Shown here: positions 52,560 to 64,000 of the stretch, one piece after another
How positions within the stretch are numbered: position 1 is the stretch's first letter
Layout: each line of letters opens with the position of its first letter
Assembly (NCBI RefSeq): GCF_963921235.1
Contig: NC_086119.1
Span: forward strand, 8,122,001-8,186,000
Source of the DNA: Mobula hypostoma
Taxonomy: Eukaryota
Direction of reading: 5' to 3'
Length of the DNA stretch: 64,000 bases
Translations under genes and position numbers: made by a program
Notes under the pieces: model-generated
Databases searched by the model: none
Seen by the model: only the letters and a program-made list of their open reading frames with translations
What the model was told of the DNA's origin: nothing

Positions 52560-53440
52560 AAATAATAGTCATACTTTATTGATCCCGGGGGAAATTGGTT
52601 TTCGTTACAGTTGCTCCATAAGTAATAAATAGTAATAAAACCATAAATAGTTAATTAGTAATATGTAAATTATGCCAGGAAATTATGAAATAAGTCCAGG
52701 ACCAGCCTATTGGCTCAGGGTGTCTGACCCTCCAAGGGAGGAGTTGTAAAGTTTGATGGCCACAGGCGGGAATGACTTCCTATGACGCTCTGTACTGCAT
52801 CTCTGTGGAATGAGTCTCTGGCTGAATGTACTCCTGTGTCCACCCAGTACATTATGTAGTGGATGGGAGACATTGTCCAAGATGGCATGCAACTTAGACG
52901 GCATCCTCTTTTCAGACACCACCGTCAGAGAGTCCAGTTCCATCCCCACAACATCACTGGCCTTACGAATGAGTTTGTTGATTCTGTTGGTGTCTGCTAC
53001 CCTCAGCCTGCTGCCCCAGCGCACAATAGCAAACATGATAGCACTGGCCACCACAGACTCGTAGAACATCCTCAGCATCGTCCGGCAGATGTTAAAGGAC
53101 CTCAGTCTCCTCAGGAAATAGAGATGGCTCTGACCCTTCTTGTAAGACAGCTTCGGTGTTCTTTGATCAGTCCAGTTTATTTTCAATTCGTATCCCCAGG
53201 TATTTGTAATCCTGCACCATGTCCACACTGACTCCCCGGATGGAAACAGGGGTCACCAGTACCTTAGCTCTCCTCAGGTCTACCACCAGCTTCTTAGTCT
53301 TTTTCACAGTAAGCTGCAGATAATTCTGCTCACGCCATGTGACAAAGTTTCCTACCGTAGCCCTGTACTCAGCCTCATCTCCCTTGCTGATGCATCCAAC
53401 TATGGCAGAGTCATCAGAAAACTTATGAAGATGACAAGAC
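52560..53440 (-). mobile_element. Rex1/Babar-like LINE 3' part, relatively young
   Basis: HKFSDDSAIVGCI, KTKKLVVDLRR, LYFLRRLRSFNIC, long nearly open frames. Confidence 0.85.
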
Positions 53441-53779
53441 AGAATAGACAGAATGACAATAGAAATTTCCTCCAACTAAATATTAGGAAGAGAAGCATTG
53501 AGTCGTAAGTGTCAGGTTTTCTTGACACTTTTGCAGTGTCTCGATGTGTTTTGTTATAGTTGATGTCTTGTATAGATATTAGGGGATTTGGTTTGACCCT
53601 TCACCTGTTCTGATGGGAGATCAACTGAAAATTTAGTTTACTTTAGGGTATATTTTTAGAGTATTTTTCTGTCCTTTGATTTCTGAGTGCTTACGGCATT
53701 TGTGTTTTTGTTCCAGATTTTGCTTTTTAATTATACAAGTAGAAGCAATTAGAATGCTGCAGTAGCGGGTATAAGCCAC

Positions 53780-54235
53780 GCTTGGGTTGGAGAAACAACA
53801 CCTTGTATTCCAATTGGGTAGCCTCAGCCTGAAGGCACGAACATTGATTTCTCAAACTTCCAGTAATGCCTCCAATTCCCTCCCCCACCATCATTTCTCA
53901 TTCCCTTCTCTCGCTCTGTGTCTCTCATGTTATCTCCTTGCCTGCCCATTGCCTCCCCTGGTGCTCCTTCTCCTCTTCTCCCCCCCACCCCCCAAACCTT
54001 CTTTCTTCCATGGCCTTCTGTCTTTCACCAATCAACTTCCTGGCTCTTTGCTTCATCCCTTCCCCTCCAAGTTTCACCTATTGCCTGGCGGTTCTCTCTC
54101 CCATCCCCCACCTTTCAAATCTTGTTCTCAGCTCTTTTTCCCCAGTCCTGCTGAAGGGTTTCAGCCCAAAATGTTGACTGTACAAATGCTGCCTGGCCTG
54201 CTGAGCTCCTCCAGCATTTTGTGTGTGTTGCTTCG
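53780..54235 (+). mobile_element. Penelope-like 3' end (GIY-YIG tail, pyrimidine-rich segment, degenerate hammerhead at 54142-54180)
   Basis: EKQHLVFQLGSL; cagtcctgctgaagggtttcagcccaaaatgttgactg. Confidence 0.72.
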
Positions 54236-56189
54236 AATGCTGCAGTGCCTATTAAGTAACCTCTGAGTGAAGGTTAAAGATCCTATGGTACTGTTTTAAA
54301 GAGCCAGATAATTGTCTTGATGTGTTGGTAAATATTTAGCACTCAACTAACAGTTACAACAGATTCAGGAGTTCCCAACCTGGGGTTCCTGAACCACTAA
54401 GTTGATGGTAAGGCTCCATGTATGGCATAAAGGTTGGAAACCCCTAGACTAGCAGGTCATTCATTTTATTGCCATTGAGATGTTATTTGTAAGTTGCTAC
54501 TTTTTGATGCTTCAATTGCAGTTGTCTTTCATCAAAGGTACTAAATCTTCTATGATGTTTGGGACATGATAATAGGATTGAATGTAAAAGGTGTTTGTAC
54601 CTATTGTTAGATTAAGGTCTTGGTATTAGCATTTTTCGTTGTATCCCTTTGATATGCTAATGAAGACTTTACTTTTGGAAGAAAGTGGGCAATTTTGTAG
54701 GTTTTTTTGACATACAAGTACATTTCTTCAGAGTTAATTTTTCAGGTGGTAGAATGGAGTGGCTGTGAAAACAGGTAAACCAGGCAGAGTTAAGTCAAAG
54801 AATCTATTTTAACAAGATTCATTGTAAATTCAAGCATTAAGCAAACAAGTATTATATACCATTAATTTGAAAATATAATGTGTGCAGGGTAACCAGCAGC
54901 ATCAGGAGAATACCTGAATCAGCTGTCAAACAACAACAAATAACAGCAAGTTTTCAGTCATAAACAAGTGAAAATCTGCAGATGCTGGAAATCTAAGCAA
55001 CACAGAAAATGCTGGACCCTGCCAAAGGACCTCGGCATGAAACTTTGACTGTACTTTTTTTCCCATGGATGCTGCCTGGCCTGCTGAGTTCCTTCAGCAT
55101 TTTGTGTGTGGCAAGTTTTCAGTCTCCACCTATGATGTCAAGTTTTGATTTAAGAAAAAATGGTTACAATACACTGTTTGTATTTTACTTTTTCAGTTTT
55201 TATGAAAAACAATGTAGACCTATTCTGGTGTTAGATTTTCATCAGTGATGTTATTGGCAAGCTTATCAATGAATTTCTCTGTTGCTTCGTGATCAGCAAA
55301 CCTTTTAATCCTAATTTTTTTTAATCTGTAAAAAAGAGTGCTATGTGTTGTTAAATTTCTGCAAGCAGCTTACTGAATATTCACAATTATTATCAATTTT
55401 CATTTTGTCGTAATAGATTTTTGCTTGTTTCAGATCAGCATATGTTCCCTCTGATGAATCCACTCTTTCAATGCATGATCATCGTTATTTTTTTGCTTTA
55501 TGCAGTGTTTTTCCATTTTTCATTAACTTCTGCATTACATATGTGAGGTCACTTCTCAGAATGGTTTGTGATGTGCAGAGACCTGCGCATCAGCTGGGAA
55601 TCTTCTAGCACTTTGTGGAATTTTCTGTTTGTGACATCATGCCCAAGCTCAAAAAAATTCTGACTTTGCTTTTTGGATTTTAGTTTTTCGGTAGGGGGTA
55701 CTCAATCTGTATTCTGTGTAACAAATGTATTTCACAAATTAAACATTTTCAAATGTACATATTAACTATGCTTTGGGACATACTGAAATTGCTATGTAAT
55801 TTTTTTTTGTTTTGCTTTAGGCTATTTGTCAGTTTCTGGTTAATTCCAGATAATCCTGCGGCAGCTTGTGTCTCCATCCTCCAGTAAGAATCCTACTATC
55901 CACATACTTTATCATAAACCTAGCTATGCCATGCCCTTCTAATAATTTCAACTGATTATCCAGATTTTTGTACTTGGTCAAAATGAGGGATGTTAATATT
56001 GGGAATTGGAGAACTTAATCAATTTGGCAGCCAGTATTCATGTTGTGCATATCCATTTCAGATGTAGCATGAGGTTTAGGGCAGCTTTTATCTATCCTCT
56101 CATTTCATCTAGTCTGCAAATTGCACAATGCTCTGCTACATACCTAATCCCTTACTTTTCAATGCTGTGTATATCATGTATCACACGGA

Positions 56190-56890
56190 TGTATGATTTT
56201 AAGTTTGTAGGTGATGCCAAGGTTGATGGTGTCATGCAGAGTGAGGCAGATTGTCTAAGGCTACAGCAGGTTATCAATCCGATGGAATGTTGTTCAGGGC
56301 ATTTGTAGATGGAATTTACTGCTGATGACTTTTGGGTGATGTATTTTGGGAAGTCAAATGCTAGGTCAGTGAGAAATGTTGATGAACTGAGACTTTGGAG
56401 TTCAAGTCTATAGATCTGAAGATGGCAATGTGGATAGATAAGGGTAGTGAAGAAGGCATATGAAAAGATTTTCTTCATAGGTTGGGAGAGCGAATCTGAA
56501 AGTTGGGCTGTGTTGAGATCATGATTTAAAAAAATATGAGGGCCTAGAGTGAAGGAGTGACGAGATAGTTGCATTTAAAAAAAAATTACATCAGGGCATG
56601 CTTTGGGTAGATAGGGTCCTTTCCCCACGGTATGACTATCAAAATCTAAAATGTAGAACCTAAGATGAAATGAGGGAGTTGTAAAAGGAATTTGAGGGGC
56701 AAGTTTTTCTGGAACCTGCTGCCAGAGATGGTGTTGGAATCGGGTATAAATGCTATGTTCGAGACAATTTTAGACAGCACTTGAATAAGCAAGATTTAGA
56801 AGGATATAGATCTAGTGCAGACAAATGGAATGTAGATGGACAAAATGGTTAATGCTGAAGGTTCTGTTTCAGTGCCACACAACTGTGACT
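56190..56890 (+). mobile_element. Old CR1 fragment
   Basis: KFVGDAKV...DCLRLQQ remnant, CR1-like tail. Confidence 0.6.
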
Positions 56891-57764
56891 GATGCACAGT
56901 AAATCCTGACATGATTATTTTTTTCTATTGAAACAGCAGTTGTAAAAGCTAACGATGTATTCATTGATCATGACAGAAGACTAATAAGGAGGAGATAGCA
57001 AACTCATTTTTATGTTGCTCTTAATTATTGTTTTTGTTCATATTTGTGTACTGTAGAAATGACAAGCAATCTTGAAACTTAAATTAACAGAAGCGTATTT
57101 TAAGTTTCAGCCTTAACTGTTAAGGGCATGTACAGTAATGTCTTTTTCTTTTCTATAAAGCAAAGACCAATAATCAGCAATATTTTGTTTAGAACTTATC
57201 CAATTTCCCATTTGGAATATTATACAAAATTTTCTAATAATCAGAACTGTTTTAAAACTCTATGGTACAAACAGAACAGACTAAAATATGGATGCAATCA
57301 CTTTTGGGATTTTTGAAATGACTTTATTGTGAATGTAACAGATTCTTTCACTTGCAAGAGATGTGTTGGTCAACATTTTGATTATAATCTGAAAGAAAAG
57401 ATGGGAATATATATTTTGGTACAGCAATTCTATGGGTCGAGGGTTTGGCACTGAAAAATAGATTCATAAATCAAGTACTTCTAATGATTTTGTGATTTGT
57501 ATTTTGAATAACTGGCTGAATCTACAAAAAGTATCAGGTCAAAAGTTTTTTCTTCATTGTCAAAAGGTTTGTGAGAATTTAAGTTAATTTAAACAGAAGT
57601 GTATAGGCAGGTCTGTTCTATGAGATGGATGGATTGTAATCTTAAATTTAAAGCATGAATGGTTCTCTTCTGACTCTCATCTCAATTTCACAAGCAAATT
57701 TTGTTTTGATTTTGGAGCTTGCATCCAGGTACACTTTTAGGAAGTGATGGCATTTTTGATGCTC

Positions 57765-57848
57765 AGGTACTGTAACCCTATCGATATTGCCTCTGCTTTG
57801 TAGATAGCTGTGAGTAGTGCAATATTGCTTATAGGGTTTCAGTGTTTG
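57765..57848 (+). ncRNA. MIR454: pre-miR-454 (mature 3p 57815-57837 tagtgcaatattgcttatagggt)
   Basis: Matches miR-454-3p; 5p arm accctatcgatattgcctctgc from 57775. Confidence 0.96.
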
Positions 57849-60800
57849 GGAATTGCAGCAAAACATCGGTGAGTAGAAATGTGAGTATCTGCATCAATGC
57901 ACTTTTGCAAGGGCCGATTGTGCATAGTGGGGGGAGTATCCAGCAAAATATCCACTAGGTTGTACAGTTATTTTGCAATCCATTTGCTTCATGCAGCCAG
58001 TCACTCCAATGTTTACACTTGCTGCAATCTTACCCAATGGTTTATCATCAAATATGAATGACCTGTTGCTTTGGTGTACTGTTCTATGTCCTTTGGCTCT
58101 ATGCCATCAGGATGTCAAATTTTGAATGATTAAAGCACCAATCCATTGTGTTTGGTGACAATAAAGGGGAAAACATCCATATAACTGACAAAAAGGATTT
58201 GGTCCATGGAAATAATGGCTGAAATGGGATCAGGTGCACTTATGGTGGTATGATGCTGCTGTGCTACTTTTCCAATTGCTGGAAACAACAAGTGTGATAA
58301 TTTGCTCAACTGACTTCATGTGAACTTCTACAGGTGTGACTTTTGAGCATTGTTTCATAAAGAAGATTGAATCAAGGTATAGTCCAGACTTTTGTGGCAG
58401 CTGTGTGAATGTGTAACTTTATGGCTTTAGGATCAATGCCATTTGAAAGGCATGTTGACATTACAGTCACAAACAAGAGAAAATCTGCAGGTACTGGAAA
58501 TCCAAGAAAAACACACAAAATGCTGGATGAACTCGCATGCCAGGCAGCATCTATGGAGAAGAGTGCAGTCGATGTTTCAGACTGTGACTCTTCATCTTGT
58601 TTAAGGGTTTTGGCCCAAAACATTGACTGTACTCTTTTCCATAGATGCTGCCTGGTCTACAGAGTTTCATGCCAGCATTTTGTGTGTGTTGACATTATAG
58701 TGCATGTTTATTTAATCTGAGAATTTAGTGATCAATAGAAATGCTCATTCCTTCACGGGTGATGATAACATTTGTATTTGCATACACAGGGGTCCTATTT
58801 CAGTTCAGTTTTTGTTTATTGTCATTTAGAAGTGCATGCACTTTTATGCACTTAACTAGCACTTGGGTTTTTTTTGCTCATCTTCTCTGAAAGGCAGCAC
58901 TCTACAAAGATGCAGCTTTTTCTGTAACACCTCTCAATATCACTGTAGATTCTACGCTTAAATCACTGAAAATGAGATAAAACCTATAGCTTTTGTCTTT
59001 TGGAATGAGAGCAGGTGTTGATCTGAGGTTCGTGATGGGTCTTTAGAGCAGTGGTAGGAATGCTTGCATTATTTCCCAGGAATATGCCTTGTATTTTGTG
59101 GTTTGTTTAGCTGAAAATATTAAGTGACATAGACTGAAGTTTGGTAGTGTTATCCATTACCACGCTTTTTAATGGAGTTTGATCTCAAAATCCAAGCCCT
59201 GTTGTTGTTCACCTTTATCTGTTTCCAAAAGGGATCTCTATTCAGCCCTTCTGGAGAACAGAAGCACAGTAATATGTAATGACTAGATTCCTCCAAAGGG
59301 TATATTCTAGAACCTGCTCAACTGGTTCTAGGGGTGCATTAGATAGAGATGGTTTGATGCTTTATTGACCCCAAAGAAATCGGTGTCACAGTAGCATTAC
59401 AAGTGCACAGAGCTACAGTATTAGAAGAGAAATGAGAAAGAATAAAAAAAAACTTGCCTCAAACAATCTACCAGGAGGGGGTCATAGGTTGAATCATTAT
59501 GGAGCCTAATGACCAAGGATAAGAATGACCTCATTGGTACTCTTTGTAGCAACACTGTTGTCTTAGTCTATTACTAAAATTGCTTCTCTGTTCAGTTAAG
59601 GTGGTGACAACTAAGGTGGTTATTGCAGAGGGTGAGAAACATTGTCCAGGATTTTCTTCAGGAACCTTTGTTCTACCACAGCCTTCAGTATGTCTGACGC
59701 TAAAGGACCCCAGTCTCCTCAGGAAGTAGAGGCAGATTAATGTTGGAAGGGATGAGTATTTTCTGTTGTAATCTGAGTGGAGCAGATCAAGTTTGCTCTT
59801 GAACTTTTGTAAGATCTTGTGTCACAGGTAAACAGTTCTAATGTAAAAACAGAACAATGCAAGTATTTTTGTGGAGCAAGGCAGGGTAATTTGTAAATTT
59901 CTTGAAAATTGGGGAAACATTGGATTAGAGAGACTGATGTTGTTTTGTGTTTTATCTGCTTAAACAGCAAAACTTTGGAAGCATTATCCCCTCCTGCATT
60001 GTATCAAGGGAGACCTGGGTTTCAATTTCAAATAATAATTGGATCGGCCCTGAACACTTGGTTTTCCAAAAGCACTAACTTTTTTTTTGAATAATTGAAG
60101 ATTACTGAATAATTTATGTTTTGTATTATGCAGAACTCAAGAAGAGCAACATAAATGGCTTTGTCTAATTAAGAGATTTCCTGTTCTTGCATGTCACAAT
60201 GCAGTAAAGTTGATTTAGAATAAATTTGGCTAAGATCAGTAATTAAGAGCCTTGGTTTCTTCAAGGGTTTATAGGTGTTGTATCAATGATAGTTGTCTTA
60301 TAGTAGCTATGAGTATATGAACTAATTTAAAGGTATGAGTTAAAGTTTTTAATATTGATTAATTTTAATTGGCATCTTGTTCACCAGTAGGTGACCTGTT
60401 CAGAGTTAGTTGTCTGCTCTTTACCAACCAAAACCTGATGATAGCTGTTTTATTAATTAGTAGATCAATAAACCAATTTAACAGTTTTTTCCCCCTAAGT
60501 TTCTGGCTTTATTTCAAAATATGAAAGTCTTAGCACCGTTGATCATGGATGTTTTGCATCTTTCTGATGCTTATGCAGATTCATTAAAGGAAACTCTTTT
60601 CCTAGCAAATATCTACTTTATGATGCATGGCATATGGAATCTTAGCTTGGTCTATATGTAGGGCTATTACCCTTCAGCTATTTGATTTGGGGTTCAGGTC
60701 CATTGCAGGATGTGAGATTTGGGTTAGAGGTTAAATGGGGAATGATGTTGGCATTTATTCCAGAGGATGCAATTAGTTAAAAGTATTGAGGAAACTTTAA

Positions 60801-62139
60801 TAGCCATCTGAGTGGTCATTCTGGGCCTTTATTTTTTGTTACCTCCTTTGACGGTACTGCTGTGAAATACCTGACTCTTGTGTGTTCCTGTTATAGAACA
60901 ATGTTTCTGCCATTTTCATGATGATGCAATAATTTTGATACTGAAACTCGAATTCCAGGAATTCTGGGGGGCAGTGGGGTGGGGGGAAAATTTGTTAAAT
61001 GTGGCTGGATAGCTAAAGTGTATGTTGACATTTTGTTTTTTTTCTGAATGGATGGGATGGCTGAACAGATGTTCATTCTCTGGGTCCTGTACTTCCTGCT
61101 AAGTGACAATGGTATTAAGTTTCTGTCCTGCTCAAGTGAAACTCTGCCTGAGATTTACTTACAGTAGCCCAAAATATTCTTTGTGGAAAATAATGAAAAT
61201 AGATTTTGGCCTCAATTGTTTCCTGTTTTTCTGGAAGAGGAGGAAATCACAGCTGAAACCAATGAATGATTTTAATTTTATTATTGGATTCCTTTTCTGT
61301 GGAATGGACTAAGTAATATAGACTTTAATCGGATGCCCATCTTGATCCTTTCTCTTCCCCAGGACTGTGGGCCTGAGAATTAGAAGAACTGTCAGGCAAA
61401 ATGATTGCTAAAATTGCTTCTCTGGTTTACAAACATTTCCATTGTATTAATGACATGTCTACTAGAAAATCGTCTCTAAACCCAGGTGTCATCTTAGGCC
61501 AATTAATAATATTTTCAAATGAAGCAAATTGTGGTTGAATAGTTCAGTTGAGGACAGGAGCTGTAGTTTTTAGTCAAATTGACTAAGTATGCTGCTTTTT
61601 AGAAACTGAAATCAAAGAAAATAGTGGAAATCTTTGTGCAAATACATTGTAGCATGCAACTTTTGCGATATGATGTAAATATTTGCACCTGTCCAGTTGA
61701 GGCTTGCAGCCTTTAAGGCATCAAACACAAATGTTGCATCTCAGGTATACTTTGTAACTAAGTTTGTAGGGTTTCTCATCTGGTGATCCTTAAGAATAAA
61801 CAGTTGAATAATCTTCCTGGGAGATTCTGGGGAAAACCTACTTGCAAGTTTGTACAGTCAAGATAGAAATGCTATCTGTATATTTCTGTGGGTTCATGTG
61901 TATCAAAACAGTGAGTTGTCCTTCGCCTTAATCTTTCTTGCTTTTGATTTGTGTGCTGTGTATTTATTTAATTTAAAAGATCTGAGAATGACATCATTTT
62001 TCACCTTTTTTTGATCTCCTGTGGATAATATTGTAACATTCCCTGGACTCTCCTTCAGGATAAGGAAAGAACAAAGCAGAATCTAGAAGTAGAGAACTAG
62101 AACAATGGTTTCCTTTCTTCACGTTCCCTGACTGGATGT

Positions 62140-62805
62140 TCTTTGCCAATTTCTAAAGCTTTAAAAATCAATTTACAACCTAATAAATTGACAGTTTTGT
62201 TTGGTATAATTCCTCAATATATTCACGGTATTTCGATATCAGACCAATACGTAATTGCATTTGTCACATTACTGGCTAGAAGGGCTATTATTAAAATGGA
62301 AAGATGCCTGTGCTCCCACTTTGATACAATGGTTCTCTCAGGTGATGTTATGTCTTAGTTTGGAAAAAAATTAGAAGTCGAACTTTTGATCCTAGATTTG
62401 ACTTCGAGAAAAGGTGGGGTTCTTTTGCCCGTTATTCTCATTTGATTTGAGTTAATAAAGATGGTCCATTTCTGATGCTTGGGTATATGGATTTGGTTGG
62501 TGGATTGATGTCTTTTTTTATGGAAGCTTGTATGGCGCATAGCTCCGGGTTTGTGCTCCAAATGGGTTTTCCCCCCTGTTTTTTTGTTATTACGGGTTTT
62601 TTTTCTTTTTTAGTTAGTAGGGGTTTTTTCTTTTTCTTTTTTTCCATTTTAAAAAAACATTTTGTTTTTTTATTATTATATACTGTTCAGCTTGGTTGAT
62701 AGTTTAACTCTTATTCTATATATGGATATGTTGTCTTGATTATTTTGATGTATTTTTCTCTGTTGATTTTCAATAGTAATTAATAAAGATTTAAAAAGAA
62801 AAGAA
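62140..62805 (+). mobile_element. L1/Tx1-type LINE 3' end
   Basis: LFGII...FVTLLARRAI...LSLEKI ORF2 C-terminal remnant, T-rich 3'UTR, aataaa and A-rich tail. Confidence 0.7.
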
Positions 62806-64000
62806 GAATGAGCTACTCAGGAGAATCTTACTTTGAGATGTGTTCACATTCATGGTGAACATGGTACTACCATTTCAAAAATGTGTTTTGGGTCATTTGA
62901 GGATATGTCATGACAACAAATGGCCTGTAACTGAGGTGAGGGATTGGAGTGTCTCGAACAGGCATTGTATGTGTCAAAACATTACTTGTCAATAAAGAAC
63001 CTTCTTCCTGTTCATAGTTAGAAGAAAGCTTAAATCCCACACCCAAGACTTAGTTTGGTTGCATTTCTGTGCTTTAATATCATAGATTAATTTAAACTCC
63101 CATCTTGAGTGAATATAAAATACATACTTTCAAAGATGAGATTTAGGATGCTTATTACTGATCTTGCTAGTCCATATTCATAAAAGAAGCTATTGTGCAA
63201 CATGCAATCCTTGACAGAAGACGGGTAAGGGTATACCCTTGATGATAATGAATTTCATCTTCCTTTACAGCCTTCATCCAGTGTTACTGAAATTAAGAAC
63301 AGCAGTACTTTCATCTGTCTGCTTTGCCGTTGAGGTCTTTGATTTGGATCATGATTTGTCAGGAGCCCACCGAACCATTTACCATTGCAACCACATGGGA
63401 AGCATTCAACAATTCTTGACTCTAGCTTTCATTCATACTTCATCAAATTTGTGGCCTATAGAAGTCCATATTTGGTCTAGCTTTGTTTTATTATTGTAGT
63501 TGGAGAACTTGTTATGGCAAATTGTTTACTGCATTCTATGTATTTCAAGTGTTTAATTTAAAAAGATATTTCATCGGATGTGAAGCCTTCCTCAAATACT
63601 ATATAAAATTGTGTCTCTCTTGCACATTGTGTTCACTTGTAACAGGTGAACTCAGTCTGGTCACTAAACAGCAGCTGAGTTGTATCTCGGCCACAACTGA
63701 AACTAGTTACCAGCCATAGATTACTGTAGTGTGGGTACTTCAAACTTGCTTGTCCACCGGGACGGGAGAATGATCCGGAATTCCAATACAGTACTTCGCA
63801 TGTCAAGGAGATGCATTTTTGAAGGAAAAATAGAATGAATTCACTTACTAGGGAAATTATACAATTCACAACTTAAGCTAGAATTCTACAAATGGGAGTG
63901 AGTCTCTGGATAGTTAAAATGAAGAGGAAAAAAACAGGTGTTTAGCAAACAATAAATTTTATGACAGAAGTTCCTTGGGGCTTTCAGTAGTTTAAATGCT

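Noticed and set aside
62050-62110. aaagcagaatct (KAES) as SKA2 exon 2
   Set aside because: Lacks the FQKAESDLDY context and a fitting acceptor; exon 2 probably lies beyond the window

Overview
Eukaryotic vertebrate DNA, most likely a cartilaginous fish (ray/shark-type CR1, SINE and Penelope repeats; inference). It holds the conserved SMG8-PRR11-SKA2 neighbourhood. SMG8 coding exon 1 is on the minus strand (3184-4696). A complete PRR11 gene is on the minus strand: ten coding exons at 23153-40879 plus a first exon ending at 42924. A CCAAT-rich bidirectional promoter follows, then SKA2 coding exon 1 on the plus strand (43295-43327), whose long intron carries miR-130c, miR-301a and miR-454 hairpins. 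The rest is mostly transposon debris. Main points of interest: (1) a tandemly duplicated 99-nt PRR11 exon; (2) a dispersed family of Penelope-derived elements carrying minimal hammerhead ribozymes, often with inverted arms; (3) miR-130/301/454 seed sites in the putative PRR11 3'UTR; (4) stop-containing microexon candidates and a second CpG island in the SKA2 intron; (5) a transposon nest with every target-site duplication intact, including an ORF1-only Nimb-like LINE carrying foreign sequence; (6) a locally templated copy of a dead CR1 segment. Gene identities come from recalled vertebrate protein and miRNA sequences, not from a database search.
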